In this document: piece after piece, positions 50,758-61,100 of the stretch
Position numbering within the stretch: the first letter of the stretch is position 1
Layout of the letters: every line of letters starts with the position of its first letter
Assembly: GCA_944320495.1 (NCBI GenBank)
Contig: CALUHR010000013.1
Coordinates: 96,001-160,000 of the forward strand
Source of the DNA: Candidatus Methanomethylophilaceae archaeon
GTDB taxonomy: Archaea > Thermoplasmatota > Thermoplasmata > Methanomassiliicoccales > Methanomethylophilaceae
Direction of reading: 5' to 3'
Length of the DNA: 64,000 nt
Translations under genes and position numbers: made by a program
The notes under the pieces: generated by a model
The model's input: the letters and a program-made list of their open reading frames with translations, nothing else
What the model was told of the DNA's origin: nothing
Database searches by the model: none

Positions 50758-51701
50758 TCGGGATGGATGAGATTATACTGGAAATCAGCGGGAATTGCAA
50801 TCTCGATTGCAATATGTGTGGATACGGAAGATCCAAAACGAAAGAAAAAAAGCTCATGACCCGCAAGATGTTCGAACATGTGATTGAACACTACTGCGAG
50901 GGCATACGGACCCTTCGGTTGAACGCGTGTGGAGAGAGTACTATACACCCTGAATTTAAAGAACTCCTATCCTACGCAAGACAGACACTGCCTGACGTTG
51001 ATATCAAACTATTCTCCAACATCAATTATCGGGATCCGTCCATCTCGAAAGCCATAGTAGATGCGGATGTGCAACTGATCATGTCCATAGACTCTGTGGA
51101 TCGTGATCGTATAGGGATCATAAGACGCGGATCGGACTATGACACCATTATGCGCAACTTCGATTATCTGTCCAGAAATCTGAAATTGAAGGCTGTTATG
51201 TTTACTCTGCAGACCAGAAACTTCGATGAGCTGATGGAGGTCGGAAGGTTCTCGCTAGATCACGATTGCCACTTCTTCTGCAACATGGTTAATGGTGAAC
51301 CGCACCTCTCGGAGTTGGAATCGCTGCTGATGAACGAAGACAATCTGATGAAGCTTAGATCTGAATTCGAAGAACTTCATCGTCTCGCGGTTTCAAAAGG
51401 GCTTAGAGCATTTCTGCCAGACCACGTCGGAACTGTGCACATACCGGCAAATGAAACAGACGACCTTATGCTAAAAACCACTGGGCAGGGCCGTTGTAAT
51501 CGTTTCCAATCCGAACTATGCATACATTATGATGGCACGGTGACACCTTGCGGAATGTTCAACCCCTATATCTACGGGAATGTCATGGATTACACTCGCG
51601 AATCTCTGCTGGAATCGGAAAGATATCGTCTTTTCCAGAAAAACCAGGCCAATGATGATTACTGCAAAAACTGCGGATGCATGCTGGTTCAGGAATTATG
51701 A
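50754..51701 (+). CDS. Radical SAM protein with SPASM/twitch-like C-terminus
   Basis: CNLDCNMC, GES, DGTVTPC...GNV...CKNC. Confidence 0.85.
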   Translation: MIGMDEIILEISGNCNLDCNMCGYGRSKTKEKKLMTRKMFEHVIEHYCEGIRTLRLNACGESTIHPEFKELLSYARQTLPDVDIKLFSNINYRDPSISKAIVDADVQLIMSIDSVDRDRIGIIRRGSDYDTIMRNFDYLSRNLKLKAVMFTLQTRNFDELMEVGRFSLDHDCHFFCNMVNGEPHLSELESLLMNEDNLMKLRSEFEELHRLAVSKGLRAFLPDHVGTVHIPANETDDLMLKTTGQGRCNRFQSELCIHYDGTVTPCGMFNPYIYGNVMDYTRESLLESERYRLFQKNQANDDYCKNCGCMLVQEL

Positions 51702-52993
51702 CCGTGACGCCTAGATCAAATGATGGCCTTTCGATAATCATCATTACACATAACAATGAATATATTGTAAGAGTTGTGGAGGCCGTATTGGAACAGATCT
51801 CACCGGTAGACGAGGTCATACTTGTGAATGATCATTCGGATGAAAGATTCCTAAGCGGCATCCCCACACATCCATCATTGAAGATTGTAACACCGGTGAT
51901 GGAGGGCAACAGGAGCCATAATAGGAATATCGGTGCTGAACTCTCATCCCGCGGAATCCTAGTCTTTATCGATGGGGATGTCCTAATCCAAGAAGGATCG
52001 CTATCTTGTATACGCGATACGGGTAAACATACACCCCTCACCTTCAATGTCATGGCACAGTCAATCACTCTGGAACAGTTGTGTATGCTGAATCAGAGAA
52101 CGGACATTATGAACGCCGTACTGAACAAGAGATTCGAGTATCTGGATCACCTCGACGGTATGCGTGATTGGCGCTTGGATGATTCACCCTACGGTCCTGA
52201 CATGGAGGATTGGTGCGTGTTCTACACATTGTTCTGTTCCATCCCAAAACATCTCTTCGTTCAGGCAGGAGGATTCGACGAATCCATTCACGGATGGGGC
52301 TGTGAAGACGTGGATCTTGGATTCAGACTGAAACGGATGGGAGCGAACATACATTTCATCGAAACAATTCGTGCTATACACATTCCACACCCCCGTAACA
52401 ACTACATTCAGAACTTGAATGGACGCAGGAATCTCTACCATATGCTCCAAAGATACAGGGATATCGACATTGAACGCGTGATAGCATTCGGCACATCATG
52501 TATGGTCAGATCTGCTTTATCGAACATACTCGAGAAATGCTCATCCATGGATGATACGAGTATAATACCGTCAGATTGTGATTTGATTCTCACATTTCGT
52601 TCTGGAAATCCAGTCTTGATAGTACGCGATAAAGACAGAAAAACCGAATGGCCATCAATGGGTCTAGCTATACCGTTTGAGAACACCCACTTTCATCAAG
52701 CGTACATTTCTGAGAATTACTTCCTGCTCCCTGAAGGATTATATTGCAGGGTTCTTCAGGAACTGTGTCGCGTTTCGAAGTATGTGATTACAAGATGTCC
52801 CGATAGAAAAAACAGACCGACATTCGATAGATGGGTTCATGACTCTTTGAAACACGCATACTGCTACACAGATATCATCCATCTATCCAATCAAATCAGG
52901 GATTTTTCATTCCAAAACAACGGAGAGTACATCGAAGTTTCATATCAGCCTGGATTTGATAATAGTCGCGAACCTAACATGTTGAATGATCGA
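51698..52993 (+). CDS. GT2 glycosyltransferase with C-terminal extension (ends at CGA 52991-52993)
   Basis: SIIIITHN, VNDHS, FIDGD, GGFDE..HGWGCEDVD; the standard-code ORF would run through the direct repeat into hipA antisense. Confidence 0.8.
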
Positions 52994-53062
52994 TTCGATG
53001 TCCCATCCATAACAAGAGTGGAACAGGTTGAGATTCAATGGCATATGAACCTCAATTCGAAA

Positions 53063-53118
53063 TTCCGAGGGCATGCGGATGAATCGCGGACGGCCGTTAT
53101 GAGCGTTGGCGATGTAGA
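53063..53118. repeat. Direct repeat, right copy (56 bp)
   Basis: TTCCGAGGGCATGCGGATGAATCGCGGACGGCCGTTATGAGCGTTGGCGATGTAGA. Confidence 0.95.
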
Positions 53119-53148
53119 ATCGGTATCACGACGCAGAAGACGGAGCCG

Positions 53149-54297
53149 TCACCTTCTAGCCACCCGTGCCTCCAGACCGTCGATCCTGGACCCCAGAAGA
53201 TCCACTATCGCCGCATCCCTCCCGGTCCTGCGGAACATCTCCACCTTGGAGAACACCTCGCAGGCCCTGTCGACCCCCTCCCTCAGGGCGTCGAAGTCGA
53301 TCCATCCGACATCGCGGACCAGCCTCATCTGCTCCGACCAGTGCTCGGAGAAGGGCTTGCACCCCTTACCCGCATCTGCGACGATCGAACCCTCCCAGCA
53401 GTCGAACCCCATGCTGGAGCCGCTGTCATAGACCGGTGCGGGGGACACCCATTCCAGGGAATGCGCGTCGCGGATTATGCCGAAGTTGTTGAGATGGCGG
53501 TCGCCGTTGGCGATGACATAGTCCAGGACCATCATCCGGTCCAGTGCCGGGACGGCGTCGATGCCGTGACGGGCGCAGCACGAGACGTAGTGGTCGTAGT
53601 CCGGCACTCCCGCATCATGGACCTCCGAACGCATGACCTGGTACGCCGGGACGAGCTCCGTGTCCGCGGTCACGAAGTCCTCGCATACGCTGCACGGGGT
53701 GCCTCCATAGTCTATCACGGAGTAATCGACATGATCCATACCGAGCGAATCCGCTATGATGCCCGCAGCCACCTCGTTGAACGGCTCCTGCATGTATGGC
53801 TTCGTTCCAGATTTGATGAGACAGCGCCTTCCGTCCATGATCTTCCAACGCTTGGTCAGCATACCGTCAGAAGCAGAGTCCGGCGATGAGAAATCCATGG
53901 AACCCGTCCAGACCTCCCTCCCGAAAAGAAGATCTCCAACATCGTCCGAGAAGGGATTATCGAAGAAATTCACCTCGGACCATTCGAGATCCGAACCAAC
54001 CGGACGTATCCAGTAGTGGTCCGATAGGCTCAATCCCAATGATTTCCTCAGGAGTAATTCAGTGTTGGAGATGTCGAGCTTCTCGAGTACATGCTTGATT
54101 CCGCTACGCGACATAGGAATCGCTCTGGAGGACCACCATCTCTGAAGCCTCTCCGGACGTACGATATCATCTATCACAGTGCCCACAGGCATGTGTGCCA
54201 CATCGTACACACTCCCCATGTGCACCATGACCCCTGTGACATACTCGAGATCGATGGAGGCGACCGTGACATCCCCGTGCATCAGCTCGAACAGCAT
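53149..54297 (-). CDS. HipA-like kinase domain protein
   Basis: LSDHYW, DGMLTKRW, LIKSG, EPFNEV, LDYVIANGDRHLNNFG, PAPVYDSG; start taken at ATG 54297. Confidence 0.85.
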   Translation of the reverse strand: MLFELMHGDVTVASIDLEYVTGVMVHMGSVYDVAHMPVGTVIDDIVRPERLQRWWSSRAIPMSRSGIKHVLEKLDISNTELLLRKSLGLSLSDHYWIRPVGSDLEWSEVNFFDNPFSDDVGDLLFGREVWTGSMDFSSPDSASDGMLTKRWKIMDGRRCLIKSGTKPYMQEPFNEVAAGIIADSLGMDHVDYSVIDYGGTPCSVCEDFVTADTELVPAYQVMRSEVHDAGVPDYDHYVSCCARHGIDAVPALDRMMVLDYVIANGDRHLNNFGIIRDAHSLEWVSPAPVYDSGSSMGFDCWEGSIVADAGKGCKPFSEHWSEQMRLVRDVGWIDFDALREGVDRACEVFSKVEMFRRTGRDAAIVDLLGSRIDGLEARVARR

Positions 54298-54442
54298 GCA
54301 ATCATGTCGCATATGCTATCGTTCTCTTTAGAACCTGCTCTCATAATTCAATGTCCCAGCAAATGTTCGAAACGACGGATCGTCTGGTAACTGGAACGAT
54401 AACACAATTCCGTACTTTCGTAACACGAAGACTATTTAACGT

Positions 54443-55114
54443 ATGCAACGGGTTACCCGCCCCATGCACATAGTCCAGCCCGGCACCGAGATCGATGTTC
54501 TGAAACAGAACAACAAGATCGCCCATGAGAACTACCGTCTGCTGAAGCAGCACAACATCAAGTCCATCGACTTCATGGGCTCCATAGGCGCCGGCAAGAC
54601 CGCGCTCATCATCAAGCTCGCAGAGAAGCTCAGGGCCAAGGGCGTCCGCGTCTGCGCCATCGCCGGCGACGTCACCGGTGACGACGACTACACCAGATTC
54701 GAGAAGTCCGGACTCGAGTCGGTGAACTGCAACACCGGCCACGAGTGCCATCTCGACGCCAACCTCATCAAGAAGACGCTTGCCGACATCAACCTGGACG
54801 ACTACGACGTGCTCTTCATCGAGAACGTGGGCAACCTCGTCTGCCCTGCGGACTTCCCCCTCGGCACCGACCTGAGGGTCGTCGTCGTGTCCGTCACCGA
54901 GGGCGATGACATGGTCAGGAAGCACCACGACATCTTCATCCACTCCGATGTGGCCATCCTCAACAAGGTGGACATCGCCGACGCCGTGGACGTGGACCCG
55001 GAGGTCATCGCCAGGGACTACAACAAGCTCACCGGCGGCGTCAAGAACATCCTCAAGTGCAGCGTGAAGAAGGACCAGGGCCTGGACGAGATCCTCGCCG
55101 CCCTCAAGCTATGA
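54443..55114 (+). CDS. hypB: Hydrogenase nickel incorporation GTPase
   Basis: GSIGAGKT, GDV, CHLDA, IENVGNLVCP, TEGDD, NKVD. Confidence 0.95.
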   Translation: MQRVTRPMHIVQPGTEIDVLKQNNKIAHENYRLLKQHNIKSIDFMGSIGAGKTALIIKLAEKLRAKGVRVCAIAGDVTGDDDYTRFEKSGLESVNCNTGHECHLDANLIKKTLADINLDDYDVLFIENVGNLVCPADFPLGTDLRVVVVSVTEGDDMVRKHHDIFIHSDVAILNKVDIADAVDVDPEVIARDYNKLTGGVKNILKCSVKKDQGLDEILAALKL

Positions 55115-55123
55115 GGTGGCGAC

Positions 55124-56446
55124 ATGAGGGTTCTCACCGTCGGAGGCGGAGGAAGGGAGCATGCCGCCGTGGAGGCGTTCCACAGGGCCGGCTCCGAGCT
55201 GTACTGCGTCATGAAGAACGCCAACCCCGGCATCCTCGCCAGAGCCAAGGGCCACCTCCTGTGCGACGAGAAGGACGTCGCCAAGGTCGTGGAGTTCGCC
55301 AAGGCGAACGACATCGAGCTCGCGTTCATCGGCCCCGAGGCCCCGCTCGGCGAGGGCATCGTCGATGCTCTCGAGGCCGCCGGCATCAGGTGCGCCTCCC
55401 CCACGAAGGCCGCCGCGAGGATCGAGACGTCCAAATCGTTCATGAGGGAGCTCGTGGAGAGACACGGCATCGACGGGAACCTCTCCTACGCCAGCTTCGA
55501 CAACGCCGAGGACGCCGAGGCCTATCTGAAGGGGATCGACCACGAGATCGTCGTAAAGCCCGTCGGCCTCACCGGCGGCAAGGGAGTCAAGGTCCAGGGC
55601 GAGCACCTCCACGGTTTCGACGAGACCATGGAGTACGTCAGGGAGATCTTCGACGGCAACATCGGCGGCGCAGGGGTCATCCTCGAGGAGAGGGCGGTGG
55701 GCGAGGAGTTCACCCAGATGGTCTTCTCCGACGGGGAGCGCGTCGTCCCCATGCCCCTGGTCCAGGACCACAAGAGGGCCTACGAGGGCGATGTCGGCCC
55801 CAACACCGGCGGAATGGGCTCCTACACCGACGCGGACCATCTCCTCCCGTTCATCGGAGAGGACGACCGCATGAAGGCCATCGCCATCGTCCAGTCAATC
55901 GTGGATGCCCTGGCCGAAGAGGGATGCCCCTACCGCGGCGTGATGTACGGCCAGTTCATGCTCACCATCAACGGCCCGAAGATCATCGAGATCAACGCCA
56001 GATTCGGCGACCCGGAGGCCATGAACGTCCTGACCGTACTGGATTCGAACTTCGAGGACATCTGCTGGAGGATGGCCACCGGCACCCTGGACGCTGGCGC
56101 GGAGTTCTCCCCCAAGGCGACCGTCTGCAAGTACGTCGTCCCGAAGGGATACGGCGTCAAGTCCGAGGCTGGCCACGAGATCTCCGTCGACGAGGAGGCC
56201 ATCCGCGGATGCGGGGCCGTGGCGTACTACGCGAACGTCGACATGAGGGACGGCAAGCTCGTCACCGGCACCTCCAGGTCCATCGGGGTGGTCGGCATCG
56301 GCGACTCCATCGAGGAGGCCGAGGCCAACTGCGAGAGGGCCCTCGCGCACGTGAGGTGCGACGCAGTGTTCGTCCGCCACGACATCGGAACCCGCGAGCT
56401 GGTCCAGCGCAGGGTCGACCACATGAAGGCCCTCAGGTCCGCATGA
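55124..56446 (+). CDS. purD: Phosphoribosylamine-glycine ligase
   Basis: GGGGREHA, GPEAPL, IETSK, GKGV, QDHKR, GPNTGGMG, EINARFGDPE. Confidence 0.96.
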   Translation: MRVLTVGGGGREHAAVEAFHRAGSELYCVMKNANPGILARAKGHLLCDEKDVAKVVEFAKANDIELAFIGPEAPLGEGIVDALEAAGIRCASPTKAAARIETSKSFMRELVERHGIDGNLSYASFDNAEDAEAYLKGIDHEIVVKPVGLTGGKGVKVQGEHLHGFDETMEYVREIFDGNIGGAGVILEERAVGEEFTQMVFSDGERVVPMPLVQDHKRAYEGDVGPNTGGMGSYTDADHLLPFIGEDDRMKAIAIVQSIVDALAEEGCPYRGVMYGQFMLTINGPKIIEINARFGDPEAMNVLTVLDSNFEDICWRMATGTLDAGAEFSPKATVCKYVVPKGYGVKSEAGHEISVDEEAIRGCGAVAYYANVDMRDGKLVTGTSRSIGVVGIGDSIEEAEANCERALAHVRCDAVFVRHDIGTRELVQRRVDHMKALRSA

Positions 56447-57219
56447 CGGACATAGCCGTCAGGGTCGCCTACCGCGGCGAGGGGTTCTACGGGTCGCAGA
56501 TGCAGCCCAGGCTCCCCACCGTGGAGGGGACCCTGCTGGCGAACATCGTCCGCGTGACCGAGATGGATCCGGAGGACGTGTGCCTCAGGCTCGCCAGCCG
56601 CACGGACAAGGGGGTCAGCGCCACAGGCAACGTCGCATCCTTCGAGAGCGGCGGCGCCGACCCCGTCAACCTTCTAAAGGCCCTCAACTCGGTGCACGGC
56701 GGCGTGCTGTGCACCGCCTACGCCGAGGTGGACGACGACTTCACGCCGCGCCACGCGGACCGCAGGACATACGAGTACGTAGCCAAGGCCCGCGGGCTCG
56801 ATGCGGACGTGGCGAACGAGTGCCTCTCCATGTTCCGCGGGAGGAGGGACTTCTCCGGCTTCTGCAAGGCCGAGGGGAAGGACCCTGTCATCGACCTCAC
56901 GAGGGCGGACGCCGTCGTGGACGGCGACGTCCTGATAATGACCTTCGAGGCGGACCACTTCCTCTGGAACATGGTCCGCAGGATATCCGCCGCGGTCCTC
57001 CGCGCGGCATCCGGCAGGATGCCCGTGTCCAGGATCGAGGAGGCCCTCGCCGGCGGATGGTCCAACTTCGGGATAGCCCCGGCCGAGGGGCTGACCCTCA
57101 CCGACGTGTTCTACGATGGGATGGGGTTCATCCCATCCCCCGACCCGGCCCTCGCGTACAGGAAGGCGGACGGACTATACTCGGCGAGGCTCGCCGAGAG
57201 GTTCTACGGGAAGCTCCGA
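56443..57219 (+). CDS. truA: tRNA pseudouridine synthase A (ends at CGA 57217-57219)
   Basis: AYRGEGFYGSQ, ASRTDKGVS, RTYEY, DFSGF, FLWNMVRRI, APAEGL; 258 aa ending FYGKL. Confidence 0.92.
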
Positions 57220-57297
57220 AGGCGGCCCCGGTCTCAAGAATATCCAGAAGTAAGGGGTTTCGAGGTGGTTTTGGCGGGTCACCCCGCCTGAGACGCA

Positions 57298-58125
57298 TCA
57301 GCGCCTGGACTTGGGCTTGCCGTAGTTCTTCACGGGCTTCCTGTAGACCCAGATGATGACCAGGGCCAGCAGGATGATCACGATCACGAGGAGCGCGACC
57401 CACATGGTGTAGCTGCTGTCTCCGATGTAGAAGGTGTACTCCTCACCGAGACCGCTGATGGTCACCATGTTGCCGTCGTCGGCCGGCTGCAGGGAGAAGG
57501 TGTAGGCACCCTCTCCGGCGTCGGTGACCCAGTCGTAGGTGACGGTGGTGGATCCCTCCTTCGCGAGGTCGAAGGTGGTGAAGCTGTCCTCGATCCTCTC
57601 GCCGTTGACGTAGAAGTACACGCCGTACCCGGTGAGGTCCTGCCCGGACTCGTTGGTCAGGGTGACGCTCAGGGTGATGGGCTCGACGACCTTGATGTCG
57701 AAGGTGTCCTCCTTGGCGAGGTCCTCGGCGGGGATGTCGACGGTCTCGCCCTCATCATCGGTGTAGGATGCCTCCACGTCGTAGGTGACTATCAGCCTGT
57801 AGCTTCCGGCGGTGTCCGGGGCATCGACGGAGAGGGTGGCGGAGCCACCGTTGTCGAGGTCCCCGGAGCTGGGGCTGACGCCGTTGCTGACGGTCTCGCC
57901 GGACGAGTCCACGAGCTTCGCATCGTAGGAGATGGCCATGGAGAGGTCCTGGTACGAGTCGTAATCGTGGTTGGTGTAGGTGATCGTGTACTCCGCGTCG
58001 TCCCCGGTGCCGACGACCGGGTCGCCGTCCACGTTGGAGTAGACGGCGTCGGTCTCGGCGATGGGCACGAGGCAGGCGACGAGGATCGCCGCGAGGGCGA
58101 CCACAGCGATTGTCTTGATGTTCAT
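57298..58125 (-). CDS. Secreted, C-terminally anchored Ig/CARDB-like surface protein
   Basis: Signal peptide MNIKTIAVVALAAIL, beta-rich acidic body, C-terminal TM and basic tail; ATGA-coupled to the upstream gene. Confidence 0.7.
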   Translation of the reverse strand: MNIKTIAVVALAAILVACLVPIAETDAVYSNVDGDPVVGTGDDAEYTITYTNHDYDSYQDLSMAISYDAKLVDSSGETVSNGVSPSSGDLDNGGSATLSVDAPDTAGSYRLIVTYDVEASYTDDEGETVDIPAEDLAKEDTFDIKVVEPITLSVTLTNESGQDLTGYGVYFYVNGERIEDSFTTFDLAKEGSTTVTYDWVTDAGEGAYTFSLQPADDGNMVTISGLGEEYTFYIGDSSYTMWVALLVIVIILLALVIIWVYRKPVKNYGKPKSRR

Positions 58126-61100
58126 CTGCGTGCAAACACCCCCCTCTTGCTGGCGAGCCAGAAGGCAGCGATTATCATGAGGATGATCACAGCGACGAGG
58201 AACCAGACTCCCGAGGGGATTCCGGACCTCTCGTCGATCGCATCTCCTCCGCTGACACCGGAGTCGTCCACGGTGACGGAGATCTCCTGGGGCTCCAGGG
58301 CCTTGGTGCTGCTCGCGTCTCCGGAGATGGTGACGGTGATTCCCTGCACTGGCGAGGAGGCGACGTTGCCGTCCTCGTCGGGGTCGGCACCCATCTGCAT
58401 GAGAGCGATGTAGTAGGTGACGGTCTGGAGTCCGTAGATGGTGACCTCGGCGCCGGACTCGGCGACGAGGGTTCCGTCGGCGTCCACGAGGGTGACGTAC
58501 CATCCATCGATGTGGCCGAAGCCGATCTGGACGTTCTTGGCGTAGACGTCCTTGTTGACGAAGGTCACGGCGTACATGTACTGGGATGCGGAGATCCTGT
58601 CGTTGGCCGCCCCCTCGTCTCCTGCGTAGAGGATGTCCATGCCCTCGCTGCCGGTGGCAGGGGCGGAGTTCTCGGTGATGGCCTCGGTGACGGTGTCGGT
58701 TCCGTTGATGTCGGAGACGATCAGGTCCACGCCGTCCAGACCGGGCGCGACGGTGGCCGCGTCGTAGTATCCGGTGACGGTGGCCTGCACGGACTCTCCG
58801 GCGGGGACGGTCACGGTGACGCCCCTGTCGAGGGACCAGGCGGACCCTGCGGAGACGGCATAGGACATGGCCTTCTCACCGTTGTTGGTGACGGTGAACT
58901 GGACGGTGGCCCTTCCGTCGGCGAACTCGGCGCGGTCGATGGCGACCTCGAAGGCGGGCTCGTCCTCCTCGGAGTCATCGGCGGGAGCGTCGGAGCTCAG
59001 GACGGAGATGTTCCTGATGCATCCGTCGGTCATGTTGACGAGGTCCTCGGTGGCGGAGAACCAGTGCTCGACGGAGGCGACGGTGGCGCTGACCTCGACG
59101 GTCGCGGTGACGTCGCTCATGTCGGCCGGCAGCCTGAGGGTGAAGGCACCGTCGGTGACGTCGAACTGCCTCTTGACGTCCCCGGACTCGACCGTGATGG
59201 TTCCGTCGGCGTTGATTCCGACGTATCCGGTGACCTCCATGACGCTCTGGGTGGCCTTCATGTCGAGGGTCACGGCCTCACGGGAGTCGCCGGTGAGGTC
59301 GACGTACCCGTAGGCGATCTTGACGTCGCTGGCGTCGGAGCGGTTGGTGGAGGAGATGTAGTACTCGTGTCCGACCTCGAGGTAGTATCCTCCGTCGAAG
59401 GAGTGGTAGGACCCCTCGGTCTGGATGGAGATCGCGTCGGACTCGTTCTTCTGGATGTTGGCGGTGACGACCTCGACGACGTCCAGTCCGACGAACTCGG
59501 TCTGGCCGGGGTAGAGGTAGACGGTTCCGCTGAAGTAGTATCCGGAGGCTCCGTCGATGGTGATCTCGTACTCGCCGGGGCAGAGCTCCTGGGCGACTCC
59601 GGCCTCCATCGAGATGGTCTCGTCTCCCTCGTAGAAGTCGAGCTCGGCGTCGTAGTCCAGGGTGACGGACTGCTGCTTGACGACGTTCTTCTGGTCGTCG
59701 GTGTATCCGACGTACTGGATGGTGACGGTCCTGGTCGTGTTGGAGGACCCGGAGGACACGTCCTGCGTCATGCTCTCGCAGGCGAAGCTGTCGTTCTCGA
59801 GGGTTCCGTCGGCGTTGTTGAAGCTGACGACGGCCTCGATGCCGTCGGGGATGTAGTAGTACGCGACACCGCTGGTGTTGGTCATGGAGACGACCTGGTA
59901 CTCCCTCTCCTGGTAGGTGTAGGTGATCATTCCCTTGACGAAGGGCAGGTTGACGTTGCCGTCCCCGGTGGCGGAATCGTACCTGAGGGTGGCGCTGATC
60001 CTCCTTCCGTCGACGGTGTCGAGATCGCCGAGCTCGGTGCTGGTGCCGCTGACGCTGGCGGATCCGATGTAGACCCTGTCGCCGCTGTTGTAGGCGTTGA
60101 TGGTGTATGTGCCGGCGGGCACGAAGGCGGTGAACGCGCCGTCCTCGTCGGTGGTCGCCTTCACGGTGAATCCGTTCTCGTCGTAGAACACGACGGTACC
60201 GGACACGCCGTCCTCCCCGTCCTTGAGCGTTCCGGTGACCTTGGAGTACTGCCCGCTCTGGAGCGTGACGGAGTCCCCTCCGGTGTAGACCGCGTGGTAG
60301 ACGGTGGTGCCGCTGACGCCGTAGACGCTGTAGGACATCGCGTCGGTGGCGATGCTGACGGGCACGTCGAAGGTGCCGTTCTCGACATCGGAGACCGTGC
60401 TGAACTCACCGGCGTAGACGGCGAGGGCGACGCCCTCGGGGGCGTTGTCGATGCTGACGGTCCTCGACTCGTAGGCGGTCATGGTGACGCTCCTGTTGGA
60501 GCTGCTGGCGTTCTGGACGCTGGAGGTCATGGAGACCAGTCCGTTGCCCAGGGAGACGGTGTACTTGCCGGGGATCACATCGATCTCGGCCTTTCCGTCC
60601 TCGCCGATGGCGGTCTTGAACTGGGCGCCGGTGACGGTGTTGGTGGCGATGACCACGGGAGCCTCATCGTAGGCGCTTCCGTCGATCACGTTGTCATAGA
60701 CGTCCTCGACCGTCGCGGTGATCTTCTTGGTGGTGGGGGTGATGACGATTCCGGTGGTGTCGCCGGGGTGGATCGTGACGGATCCGGACCCGAGGGAGGT
60801 CCCGTCGGCCCCATAGAGGATGTAGCTGTAGGTTCCGGGCAGGACGTTCTCGATGACGATCTGTCCGCCGGTGATCTGGATCTCGACGTCCTCGGGCTCC
60901 GCACCTCCGCTGAGGGTGAGCATCATGTCCTCGGCATCGTAGATCTCGCCGTTGACCTGGACCTCGCCGGTGGCGACGGCGTCCGGGATCACGGTGACCT
61001 GCTGGACGGCGGAGGACGTGAAGGAGTCGACGAGCACGTCGCCGATGCTGATGTCCACGCGGTAGTCGCCGTCGGGGACGAGCGCGCTGTAGGCGCCGTC

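Larger units (their letters stand above)
38773..53062. mobile_element. Lower-GC glycosylation/biosynthetic genomic island between direct repeats
   Basis: Abrupt shift to A/T-ending codons, two divergent operons from 44121-44232, flanking 56-bp repeats; no integrase inside. Confidence 0.75.

Noticed and set aside
54298-54312. Apparent counter-example: hipA ORF in the track begins ATG CGA
   Set aside because: The ATG at 54297 gives MLFELMHGDVTVASI, a plausible family N-terminus, so the CGA lies upstream of the probable start.
2621-57219. Random T-to-C sequencing errors converting TGA to CGA
   Set aside because: Random errors would not hit 16 terminal codons on both strands, nor remove CGA from gene interiors. 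A systematic processing artefact is not excluded and needs raw reads.
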